This document shows, in pieces, positions 27,478 to 35,522 of a stretch of 64,000 bases of DNA (positions are counted from its first letter, which is position 1; each line of letters opens with the position of its first letter). The DNA is from Acidobacteriota bacterium (GTDB lineage Bacteria > Acidobacteriota > Vicinamibacteria > Vicinamibacterales > UBA2999). Both the position numbers and the translations under genes were made by a program. The notes below the pieces were generated by a model. The model was not told the DNA's origin and ran no database searches. It saw only the letters and a program-made list of their open reading frames with translations. The stretch spans positions 5,695-69,694 of the forward strand of contig CAUJDN010000109.1 of NCBI GenBank assembly GCA_963169195.1, written 5' to 3'.

Positions 27478-28221
27478 ATGCCACTCGACGAGTATCGACG
27501 CAAGCGTGACTTCTCGAGGACGCCCGAGCCTGACGGAGCTGGTCCGGTCACGAGGCGGCGCGGCGACGACGCGTTGTTCTTCTCGGTGCAGAAGCACCTG
27601 GCCACGCACCTGCACTACGACCTGCGGCTCGAGTGGAACGGCGTGCTCCTGTCATGGGCCATTCCCAAGGGCCCGTCCATTGACCCGGCCGACAAGCGCC
27701 TCGCGATGCAGACCGAGGACCACCCCTTCGACTACGGCACGTTCGAGGGCGTGATCCCGGAGGGCTACGGCGCCGGCATCGTCATGCTGTGGGACCGTGG
27801 CACGTGGACGCCGGAGAGCCCGGACGTGGACGCCGCGCTCCGAAAGGGGGACCTGAAGTTCAGGCTCGACGGCTACAAGCTGAAGGGGTCGTGGGCGCTG
27901 GTCCGGACGCGAGGCTACGGCGGCGGGTCGCGGCCCGGCTGGCTGCTGATCAAGCACCGCGACGAGTGGGCCGGCCCCATCGACATCGGTGCGTTCGCGC
28001 CGTTGTCGGTCAAGACGCCGGACGCCGACTTCGCGGACATCCTGGCCGGTGACAACCCCTCGGTCTGGACGACCAACCCGCCGGCGAAGACGGGCGACAC
28101 CGGGAAACTGTTCCAGCGCATCATCGCGCAGGCGATCGCGATGAAGGAAGCGCGCGCCGGACGCGCAACCCTGACACCACGAAGAATCGCGAAGGCGGCC
28201 GCGAAGAAGCGGGAGTCGTGA
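27478..28221 (+). CDS. stand-alone DNA ligase D 3'-phosphoesterase (LigD-PE) domain protein
   Basis: LDEYRRKRDFSRTPEP...FSVQKHLATHLHYDLRLEWNGVLLSWAIPKGPS...EDHPFDYGTFEGVIPEGYGAG...GDLKFRLDGYKLKGSWALV is the classic LigD PE domain. No ligase, polymerase or Ku gene is nearby. Confidence 0.9.
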   Translation: MPLDEYRRKRDFSRTPEPDGAGPVTRRRGDDALFFSVQKHLATHLHYDLRLEWNGVLLSWAIPKGPSIDPADKRLAMQTEDHPFDYGTFEGVIPEGYGAGIVMLWDRGTWTPESPDVDAALRKGDLKFRLDGYKLKGSWALVRTRGYGGGSRPGWLLIKHRDEWAGPIDIGAFAPLSVKTPDADFADILAGDNPSVWTTNPPAKTGDTGKLFQRIIAQAIAMKEARAGRATLTPRRIAKAAAKKRES

Positions 28222-28336
28222 TCGAAGAGAAGGGGCACGACGCACACGAAGCCCTCCTGGGGGTCCTCCGCATTCGTCATGCCCCTCGAAACCTCGCCAC
28301 GGCGTGTTCCCGCGGCGGGTGTCGGGTTTCCCGTGC

Positions 28337-28969
28337 CTACGGTGTGATGGTGAAGCCGCGCTGCGAGATGCCGGAAAGCAGGTTCATCGTGCCCGCCTCG
28401 GTGAGGGCCGACATCCAGGTGTAGTACCCGGGCGGCGCGCCGCCCGGCACGCGCAGGTTCAGGATCTCGCCGACGAAGTCGGTCGGGACGAAGTTGCGCG
28501 CAAGGGGCGCCAGGCCCGGCACCAGGGCGCTGCCCGTCCACGACATCAGCTGGCCGTTCGGCATCCGCAGGACGATGTAGGCGTCGGCCGCGGACGGGGT
28601 CCGGCTCCGCCGCAGCCGTGCCGTGAGGCGCAGCGCCTGGCCGGGCCGAAGCGTCGAGTCCTCGACCTCGGTCTCGAGCGTCGCGTCGTGGAACTGGATG
28701 GTGCCAGCCCGGATGCGGCGCATCGATCGGGCCTCGACCACTTCGCCATCGGACACGAAGGTGACGCCGAACTGATCGTTGAACGGCGGCTCTCCGTTGT
28801 CCTCCACCATCACGCTGAAGGTGCAGGCGGGCAGGAAGTCGTCGCACGTGCCGGAGAAGCGCACCGTGCGCGGCGAGCCATCCTCGTTGAGCGACAGCAC
28901 GTCCACGTCCGTCACGGGTCCGTTGACGTGCAGGCAGGCATGAAAAACGTTCACACATCGGCACACCAT
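28337..28969 (-). CDS. hypothetical protein
   Basis: High-GC3 ORF. Start uncertain (28969 MVCRC... or 29026). No family recognised. Confidence 0.5.
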   Translation of the reverse strand: MVCRCVNVFHACLHVNGPVTDVDVLSLNEDGSPRTVRFSGTCDDFLPACTFSVMVEDNGEPPFNDQFGVTFVSDGEVVEARSMRRIRAGTIQFHDATLETEVEDSTLRPGQALRLTARLRRSRTPSAADAYIVLRMPNGQLMSWTGSALVPGLAPLARNFVPTDFVGEILNLRVPGGAPPGYYTWMSALTEAGTMNLLSGISQRGFTITP

Positions 28970-29050
28970 CCTGCACAGAACTGATCGTGAAATCCTGTTC
29001 CTGTGGGGATTCCCACGCCGAATCAAGCAAACCAGAAGCCAGTCAGTGCG

Positions 29051-29509
29051 TTACGGCCCCGTCGGGCTGGCCCCGTGCGGGGCCGTCAGCCTGACGGCGA
29101 GACGTCGGGCCAGGTCTGCGTCGCCGAGGGGATCGAACGGACGGGCCTCCGTCCAGTCGTGCAGCCAGACGGGCTGCCGGCGGCGCTCCGGCGGTTCCCA
29201 GGCGTAGCGCGGGATGATGTGGGCGTGCAGCGCCGCCTCGACGTTGCCCAGAATCTCGTAGTTCACGCGCTCGGCGGCTGTTTCTGCGAGGATGGCGTCG
29301 CCGACGCGGCCCATGTCGGCCAGGAACGTCCGCCGCGCGTCGCCCACCAGCCCATTGAGGTCGGTCACGACAGGGTCCGGATACAAGAGGCAGTAGCCCG
29401 GCAGAATCTGCGGGTCCCCCAGAACCACCCACCCGGATCCCACGCGGGTCACCACGCGCGCAAGCTCGCCTCGCCGCGCCTGCTCCACGAACCGATGGAT
29501 CGCCGTCAC
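29051..29509 (-). CDS. HIT-like family protein
   Basis: The C-terminal half contains NVEAALHAHIIPRY, resembling a degenerate HIT motif. GTG start at 29509. Confidence 0.55.
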   Translation of the reverse strand: MTAIHRFVEQARRGELARVVTRVGSGWVVLGDPQILPGYCLLYPDPVVTDLNGLVGDARRTFLADMGRVGDAILAETAAERVNYEILGNVEAALHAHIIPRYAWEPPERRRQPVWLHDWTEARPFDPLGDADLARRLAVRLTAPHGASPTGP

Positions 29510-29644
29510 CCCCGTGCCTCGAACCTCCGTGCCTCGAACCTCCGTGCCTCGAACCTCCGTGCTTCGAACCTCCGTGCTTCGAACCTCCGTGCTTCGAACC
29601 TCCGTGCTTCGAACCTCCGTGCTTCGAACCTCCGTGCTTCGAAC
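29510..29644. repeat. 15-bp tandem array CCTCCGTGC(C/T)TCGAA, 9 units; fills the entire intergenic gap
   Basis: cccccgtgcctcgaa, cctccgtgcctcgaa x2, cctccgtgcttcgaa x6. On the transcribed (minus) strand each unit reads UUCGAAGCACGGAGG. Confidence 0.95.
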
Positions 29645-31084
29645 CTACTTGCGATAGTCCAGCGCGGGTTTCCGATCGGCAAGCCTGGTCGAGTACTTGA
29701 ATCCCGGCCCGCGCCGCTGGTCGAACTCCGCGCGCGCCTTCTGGATGTGTGCCGGGTCGGAGAAGAGGTCGATGGCCGTGAGCGCCATGCTCTTGGCCGC
29801 CACGAGCATGCCCTTGACGCCAATCGAGGTGCCGCCGGCGGCCACGGCCTGCCAGCTGTGGGCGGGCGTTCCCGGCACCCAGGTGGCCGAGGTGAGCTGT
29901 ACGGTCGGCACGTTCCAGCTGACATCCCCGAGATCGGTGGACGCGCTGCCGATGCCGGGCTCCGGCGTGAACACCGAATTGGCGCTGTCGATGGGCGGCA
30001 GGTTGCCGTCGAGCGACACCCGGAGGATCTCGGCGAACTGGCGCTCGGCCGGCGTGTACTCGTAGCCGCCGACCGCCTGCAGGTTCTTCTGCATCAGCCC
30101 CACCAGATAGGAGTTGGGCAGGACGTTCCAGACGGCCCCGGTCAGTTCCAGCTCCATCGTCGTGTCCGTGCCGAGGGCGGCGCCGCGCGCGGCGTTCTGG
30201 ATGCGCTCCCAGATGCCTTCGAGCACGCGCATGTCGTTGTGGCGGGCGTAGTAGTAGGCCTCGGCGAAGTCGGGCACGACGTTCGGCGCGCGGCCACCGT
30301 TCGTGATGACGTAGTGGATGCGCGCGTCGGAGGGCACGTGCTCCCGCATCAGGTTCACCATGGCGTTCATCGCCTCGACGCCGTCGAGGGCCGAGCGCCC
30401 GCGGTCCGGGGCGGACGAGGCGTGGGCGGATTGGCCGCGGAAGCGGAACTTGCCCGTGATATTCGCCAGCGTGCTCGACGCGCTCGACGCGTTCCGGTCC
30501 CCGGGGTGCATCGTGACGACGACGTCCACGTCGCTGAAGAGCCCCGCGCGCAGCATGTAGACCTTGCCGGCGCCGCCTTCCTCGGCGGGCGTCCCGAAGA
30601 AGCGCAGCGTGCCGGGCCGCTTCGCCGCCACGAGCCACTCCTTCACCGCGATCGCGGCGGCCGTCGAGGCCGTGCCGAAGAGGTGATGGCCGCATCCGTG
30701 GCCCGCGCCGTCGGGGACGAGCGCGTGCCGCTCGGGCTCGGCCGCCTGCGACAGGCCGGGCAGCGCGTCGAACTCCCCGACGATGCCGATGACGGGCTGG
30801 CCGCTGCCCCACTCGGCGGTGAACGCCGTGGGGATCTCGGCCACGCCGGCCTCGACCGTGAAGCCGGCGGTGCGCAGCTGCTCCTGCAGCAGCGCGCTGC
30901 TCTTCTCCTCCTGGTAGCCGACCTCGGCGAACGACCAGATCCGCAGCGCGACGTCGGCGTACGCCTGGCCCCTGCTGTCGATCGACGCGAGGACGGCTTT
31001 CGCGTCCATGCCCTGTCCCTGGAGCGGCGCCGTCACGGCCGCCCACGCCATCAGCGCCCCCGCGAGCCCGTATCTCATGGCCAT
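29645..31084 (-). CDS. M20 family amidohydrolase (AbgB / aminobenzoyl-glutamate utilisation protein B-like), secreted
   Basis: Signal peptide MAMRYGLAGALMAWAAVTAPLQGQG. Motifs EVGYQEEKSS, GEFDALPGLSQ, GHGCGHHLFG. Paralog at 40569..42200. Confidence 0.85.
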   Translation of the reverse strand: MAMRYGLAGALMAWAAVTAPLQGQGMDAKAVLASIDSRGQAYADVALRIWSFAEVGYQEEKSSALLQEQLRTAGFTVEAGVAEIPTAFTAEWGSGQPVIGIVGEFDALPGLSQAAEPERHALVPDGAGHGCGHHLFGTASTAAAIAVKEWLVAAKRPGTLRFFGTPAEEGGAGKVYMLRAGLFSDVDVVVTMHPGDRNASSASSTLANITGKFRFRGQSAHASSAPDRGRSALDGVEAMNAMVNLMREHVPSDARIHYVITNGGRAPNVVPDFAEAYYYARHNDMRVLEGIWERIQNAARGAALGTDTTMELELTGAVWNVLPNSYLVGLMQKNLQAVGGYEYTPAERQFAEILRVSLDGNLPPIDSANSVFTPEPGIGSASTDLGDVSWNVPTVQLTSATWVPGTPAHSWQAVAAGGTSIGVKGMLVAAKSMALTAIDLFSDPAHIQKARAEFDQRRGPGFKYSTRLADRKPALDYRK

Positions 31085-31091
31085 CCTCCGC

Positions 31092-32057
31092 CTACGTCAA
31101 CAGGTGCCGGCTGAGCACCGCCCAGACCGCATACGAGAGCCGCGCGCGATGGTGGCGCGCGATGTCCGAGTGCCAGAACCCGCCGCTCACCACTTCGCAG
31201 CCGGGGGGCAGCGCGCCAAGGGCCAGGGGCTCCTTCTGCTCCGCCCGGTAGCGGGCCAGCACGTCGGCCGACGGATGGCCCTCGTTGGTGATGACGACGT
31301 CGACGGGTCGGCCGATCGATCGGCCCACCCACGCCACCGCATCGGCGGCCGTGAATCCGCTCATGCCGCGGCCCTCGGTCAGCAGGTTCGTGACCAGGAT
31401 GATGGGGCCATTCACGGCGCGCAGGCTCTCGGCGACGCCGTCCACCAGCAGCGTCGGCATGAGGCTGGTGAAGAAGCTGCCGGGCCCGATGATAGCCGCG
31501 TCGAACGCGCTGACGGCGTCCTGCACGGCGGGATGGATGCGCGCGGCCGGATCGAGCCAGACGCGCGTGATCTGGTGGCCCCGATCGTGCGCGGCGTCCA
31601 CCTCCACCTCGCCGCGCGTCACGGAGCCATCGGCGTACGCGGCGCACAGCGTCGCGCGTTCCACGCTCACGGGCCAGACGCGCCCCCGGCACCCGAGCAG
31701 GGCGCGCAGCCCCTCCACCGCCGCGAGGAAGTCGCCGCTGTAGCGCTCCATCATCGACAGCAGCAGGTTGCCGCCGGTGTGGCCGCCGAGCCGCGCGTGC
31801 TCGAGCGTCGGCAGCCGGGCCAGCAGCACGCGGCGCGCTTCGCCCTCGTTTCGTGCCAGCGCCAGCGTGCAGCGCAGCACGTCGCCGGGCGGCAGCACGC
31901 CGAGCTCATCCTTCAACTGGCCGGAACTGCCTCCGCTGTCGAACATGGTAACCACGGCGTTCACGTCGAGCCAGGGGTTGCGCTTGAGGCCGCCGAGCAG
32001 CGCCGGCAGCCCGGTGCCGCCGCCGAAGCATCCCACGTTGATCCGCCGCAGCTGCAT
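31092..32057 (-). CDS. YvcK/CofD family protein (UPF0052; gluconeogenesis factor-like)
   Basis: VGCFGGGTGLPALLGGLK...VVTMFDSGGSSGQLKDE...GHTGGNLLL...IIGPGSFFTSLMPTLLV. Confidence 0.85.
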   Translation of the reverse strand: MQLRRINVGCFGGGTGLPALLGGLKRNPWLDVNAVVTMFDSGGSSGQLKDELGVLPPGDVLRCTLALARNEGEARRVLLARLPTLEHARLGGHTGGNLLLSMMERYSGDFLAAVEGLRALLGCRGRVWPVSVERATLCAAYADGSVTRGEVEVDAAHDRGHQITRVWLDPAARIHPAVQDAVSAFDAAIIGPGSFFTSLMPTLLVDGVAESLRAVNGPIILVTNLLTEGRGMSGFTAADAVAWVGRSIGRPVDVVITNEGHPSADVLARYRAEQKEPLALGALPPGCEVVSGGFWHSDIARHHRARLSYAVWAVLSRHLLT

Positions 32058-32145
32058 GCGCCCCTTATCTTAGCGGACGCCTCGCCTCGTCCGCGGGCGC
32101 GCCGCGCCATTTCCGCGGGAACACACGCGACGCGCACGACCGTCA

Positions 32146-32151
32146 TAGACT
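32146..32151 (+). promoter_or_regulatory. -10-like box TAGACT, 7 nt before the ATG at 32159 (leaderless-type geometry)
   Basis: TAGACT-ACGGGGA-ATG. Confidence 0.35.
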
Positions 32152-32158
32152 ACGGGGA

Positions 32159-32851
32159 ATGGACACGGCCGCCCGCGCCCGGCTCGACCCCGTCGTCGCC
32201 GACCTGCAGCGCATCTTCGGCGCCCGTCTCGAGGCGGTGGTGGCCTACGGACGCCACGCGCACGAGCAGGCCCACAGCCTCGCGCTGGTCTCCTCGCTCA
32301 CGCTGGACGACCTGACCGCGATGGGGACAGCGGCCGCACGCTGGCATCATGCAGGCGCGGCGACGCCGCTCGTGCTGCCGCGCGACGAGTTCGCGCAGTC
32401 GCTCGACGCGTTCCCCATCGAGTACGGCGAGATCATCGACACGCACGTGGTCCTGCATGGGACGGACCCGTTCGCGGGGATCGGCATCGACGCGCGGGAC
32501 CTGCGCCGGGCCATCGAGGCGCAGGCCGCCAGCCACGTCCTGCACCTCCGCGAGAACTACATCGAGGACGCCGGGTGGCCGGCCGCGCTCGACACCCTCG
32601 TCCGGCGATCGGCGCCCGGCTTCGCGCTGCTGCTCCGCCGGATGGCGCGCCTCGACGGCGCCCCGTCTGAGAGCGTCGCGGACCTGTCGCACTGGGCCGC
32701 CTCGCGCGCCGGCCTCGACCCGCGGGTCGTGGGCGACGTGCTGGCCCTCGCCATCGAGCCTTCGCCCGCAGTGGACGCGGTGCGCCTCTTCCCCGAATAC
32801 GTGGCGGCGATGGAGACCCTGCTCCGCGCGATCGACCAATGGGCCGACTGA
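32159..32851 (+). CDS. hypothetical protein
   Basis: High-GC3 230-aa ORF that overlaps the TPM gene start by 13 nt. No family recognised with confidence. Confidence 0.6.
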   Translation: MDTAARARLDPVVADLQRIFGARLEAVVAYGRHAHEQAHSLALVSSLTLDDLTAMGTAAARWHHAGAATPLVLPRDEFAQSLDAFPIEYGEIIDTHVVLHGTDPFAGIGIDARDLRRAIEAQAASHVLHLRENYIEDAGWPAALDTLVRRSAPGFALLLRRMARLDGAPSESVADLSHWAASRAGLDPRVVGDVLALAIEPSPAVDAVRLFPEYVAAMETLLRAIDQWAD

Positions 32852-33621
32852 CGCTGCTCGCGCTGCTGCTGACGGCTTCGATGGCCGCTGCGCAGCCGCG
32901 TCCGCCCGAGATCACCTCCCCGGTGAACGACTTCGCCGGCGTCATCGACGCCGCCTCGGCGGCCGAGCTCGAGACCCTCATCCGACGGCTGCAGCAGGCG
33001 AGCGGCGACGTCCTCGTCGTCGCCACGGTGAGGACCTTCCAGCCGTATGCGGACCTCCAGAGCTATGCCGTGAAGATGTTCGAGAACCACGGGAGGGGCA
33101 TCGGCCCCCGCAAGGGCGACAACGGCGTGCTGCTCGTCCTCGCCGTGGACGACCGGCAGGTCCGCATCGAGGTGGGCTACGGCCTGGAGGGCTTCGTCAC
33201 GGACGGGTTCGCGGGCGAAACGAGCCGCGACGCGATGGTGCCCTACTTCCGCCGTGGCGAGTACGGTGAGGGCCTGCTCGCCGGGGCCTCGCGCGTCGCC
33301 CTGCGCATCGCTGAAGGGCGGGGCGTCTCCCTCGACGTCCCGCAGCCGCGTGCCGCGCCGCGGCCGACGGGGGAGATCCGCCTCAGCCCCCTCACCCTGC
33401 TGCTCCTGCTCTACATCATCTACCAGGTGTCGAGGAGCAGCAGATCGACGACGGCGCGGCGGCCGCATCGCCGCTGGACCAGCGGAGTAGGCCCGTTCGG
33501 CGTCGGCGGCGGCTGGGGCGGTGGTGGATGGGGCGGCGGCGGCTGGGGCGGCTCGTCGGGAGGGTTCGGCGGATTCGGCGGCGGCCGATCGGGAGGCGGA
33601 GGCGGTGGGGCCTCATGGTAG
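32839..33621 (+). CDS. TPM domain-containing protein (YgcG-like) with Gly/Trp-rich C-terminus
   Basis: Signal peptide, then VNDFAGVIDAASAAELETLIRRL...GVLLVLAVDDRQVRIEVGYGLEG, a TM helix, and a GGWGGGGWGGGGWGG tail. Confidence 0.85.
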   Translation: MGRLTLLALLLTASMAAAQPRPPEITSPVNDFAGVIDAASAAELETLIRRLQQASGDVLVVATVRTFQPYADLQSYAVKMFENHGRGIGPRKGDNGVLLVLAVDDRQVRIEVGYGLEGFVTDGFAGETSRDAMVPYFRRGEYGEGLLAGASRVALRIAEGRGVSLDVPQPRAAPRPTGEIRLSPLTLLLLLYIIYQVSRSSRSTTARRPHRRWTSGVGPFGVGGGWGGGGWGGGGWGGSSGGFGGFGGGRSGGGGGGASW

Positions 33622-33631
33622 AAAGGACCTT

Positions 33632-34204
33632 ATGCAGAAGCTGATTCGGCTCGTGACCGCTCTCGCGCTGGCGGTGGCCGTCGGGGCCTCGTCCGGTTGC
33701 TCCTACAACACATTCGTCGGCCAGGAGGAGGCCATCAAGACGCAGTGGTCCCAGGTCGAGAACCAGTTGCAGCGGCGGAACGACCTCATTCCCAACCTGG
33801 TCGAGACCGCCAAGGGATTTGCCCAGCAGGAGCGCGATGTCTTTGGCGCCATCGCCGACTCGCGCGCCAGGCTCGCCGGCGCCCAGACGCCGGAGCAGAC
33901 CATGGCCGCGGCCAACGAGCAGTCCTCGGCCCTGGCGCGTCTGCTGGTGGTGGTCGAGAACTACCCCGATCTGAAGTCGAACCAGACCTTCGCCCGTCTC
34001 ATGGACGAGCTCGCGGGGACGGAGAACCGGATTGCCGTCGAGCGGATGCGCTACAACGAGGCCGTCCAGGCCTACAACACCCAGCGGCGCTCCTTCCCCT
34101 CCAACATCACGGCGGGCATCTTCGGCTTCAAGGAATACCCCCTGTTCCAGGCGCCCGAGGCCGCCAAGCAGGTGCCGACGGTGGACTTCTCCCGCCCGCA
34201 ATAG
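33632..34204 (+). CDS. lemA: LemA family protein (lipoprotein signal)
   Basis: SSGCSYNTFVGQEEAIKTQWSQVENQLQRRNDLIPNLVETAKGFAQQERDVF...ENYPDLKSNQTF..L..EL.GTENRIAVER..YN. Confidence 0.9.
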   Translation: MQKLIRLVTALALAVAVGASSGCSYNTFVGQEEAIKTQWSQVENQLQRRNDLIPNLVETAKGFAQQERDVFGAIADSRARLAGAQTPEQTMAAANEQSSALARLLVVVENYPDLKSNQTFARLMDELAGTENRIAVERMRYNEAVQAYNTQRRSFPSNITAGIFGFKEYPLFQAPEAAKQVPTVDFSRPQ

Positions 34205-34279
34205 CCCGTCCGCACGGCCCGGGGGTGGGGTCCACCACCCCCGGTTCCAACCCTGCAGCCCGACGCGCCATCCAAGTCC

Positions 34280-34822
34280 ATGACGGTGGACGACGTCGTC
34301 CTGGCAGCCAACGGAGATGCAGCCGCCTTCGAGCGGGTGTACCACGCCCACGTGCCTCGGGTGCACAGTCTCGCACGCCGCATGGCCGGCCCTGAGGCCG
34401 CGGAGGATCTGACCCAGGACGTCTTCGTCCGTGCCTGGCAGAAGCTGGGCACGTTCCGGGGCGAGTCGTCCTTCGGCACGTGGCTGCACCGGCTGGCCGT
34501 GAACGTGATCGTGGAGCGCTTCCGCGCGCTTGGCGTGGCGCGCAACCGGTTCCTGCCCGATGCCGAGCCGGTGCTGGAGGTCCTGCCCGCGCCGCCGCGG
34601 TCGCGGCCGGACCTCGGGATGGACCTTCAGGCGGCGATGGATCGCCTGCCGCCGGGCGCGCGGACCATCTTCGTGCTCCACGACGTGGAGGGGTACCGGC
34701 ACGAGGAGATCGCGACGATGCTGGGCGTCTCGGCCGGGACGTCGAAGTCGCAGCTGCACCGGGCGAGGCAGACGCTGAGGCAGACACTGAACGCCGACAG
34801 GCCGCAGATGAGCCGCAGATGA
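34280..34822 (+). CDS. ECF-type RNA polymerase sigma-70 factor
   Basis: Region 2 (DLTQDVFVRAWQKLGTFRGESSFGTWLHRLAVN) and region 4 (EGYRHEEIATMLGVSAGTSKSQLHRAR). Confidence 0.9.
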   Translation: MTVDDVVLAANGDAAAFERVYHAHVPRVHSLARRMAGPEAAEDLTQDVFVRAWQKLGTFRGESSFGTWLHRLAVNVIVERFRALGVARNRFLPDAEPVLEVLPAPPRSRPDLGMDLQAAMDRLPPGARTIFVLHDVEGYRHEEIATMLGVSAGTSKSQLHRARQTLRQTLNADRPQMSRR

Positions 34823-35442
34823 CGCAGATGACGCGGATGGGGGATGGGGGCGGGATGGACGTACGCCGGCGCGGGCCGGGGAGTGACGATCCGCTGGACC
34901 ACGATGATCCCTTGCTCCAGGCCATTGAGGCGCTGGCGGACGCGCCGCCGGAGCGCAACCTGTGGCCCGGCATCGAGGAACGGACGGTCCGGCGTCCGGA
35001 CGCGCGGCGATCGTTCACGTTCACGCTGCCGCAGCTCGCCATGGCGGCGACGCTGCTCGTGGCCGTCTCGGCGGGCGTGTCGTGGCTGGCCATGCGGCCC
35101 GCGCCGGCGATTCCCGAGACCGCCATCCGCGCGGTGGCCGAGCCCACCGAAGCGCTGCGGGCCGACGTGCAACGCGCGACGTTTGCCGACGCGGCCTACG
35201 ACGCGGCGGTGGCAGACCTCGAACGTGTGCTGAGAGAGGGCCGGAACACGCTGGATCCGCAGACCGTGATGGTGCTCGAGCGCAACCTTGCCGCCATCGA
35301 CGAGGCCATCCGGCAGTCGCGAGCCGCGCTCGACGCCGACCCGGCCAACACGTATCTCAACTCGCACCTGGCCGATGCGCGTCGCCGGAAGCTGGAGCTG
35401 TTGCGGCAGGCGGCGCTGCTCTCCAGCGCGGGCACTCTGTGA
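34819..35442 (+). CDS. putative anti-sigma factor (single TM)
   Basis: ATGA overlap with the sigma factor stop. One TM helix (LPQLAMAATLLVAVSAGVSWLA). The call rests on position. The first about 13 codons are encoded by the GCAGATG-type repeat. Confidence 0.6.
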   Translation: MTQMTRMGDGGGMDVRRRGPGSDDPLDHDDPLLQAIEALADAPPERNLWPGIEERTVRRPDARRSFTFTLPQLAMAATLLVAVSAGVSWLAMRPAPAIPETAIRAVAEPTEALRADVQRATFADAAYDAAVADLERVLREGRNTLDPQTVMVLERNLAAIDEAIRQSRAALDADPANTYLNSHLADARRRKLELLRQAALLSSAGTL

Positions 35443-35522
35443 ACACGGATGGCGCGGATGGCGGGGGCCGCAGAGGACGCGGATGGCACGGAGATCGGAC
35501 ACACCGTAGAAGGGATCGACGT

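Noticed and set aside
27478-28221. LigD-PE gene considered as the marker of an NHEJ locus.
   Set aside because: No Ku, ligase or polymerase domain gene is adjacent, so only a stand-alone phosphoesterase can be claimed.
29003-31114. Plus-strand 703-aa ORF with an ASNLRASNLR repeat, and minus-strand ORF 29506..29925 with an RFEARRFEA repeat.
   Set aside because: These are translations of the 15-bp tandem array or antisense shadows of the M20 amidohydrolase gene. The composition (Arg/Gly/Ala/Pro-rich, no domain motifs) is typical of non-coding frames.
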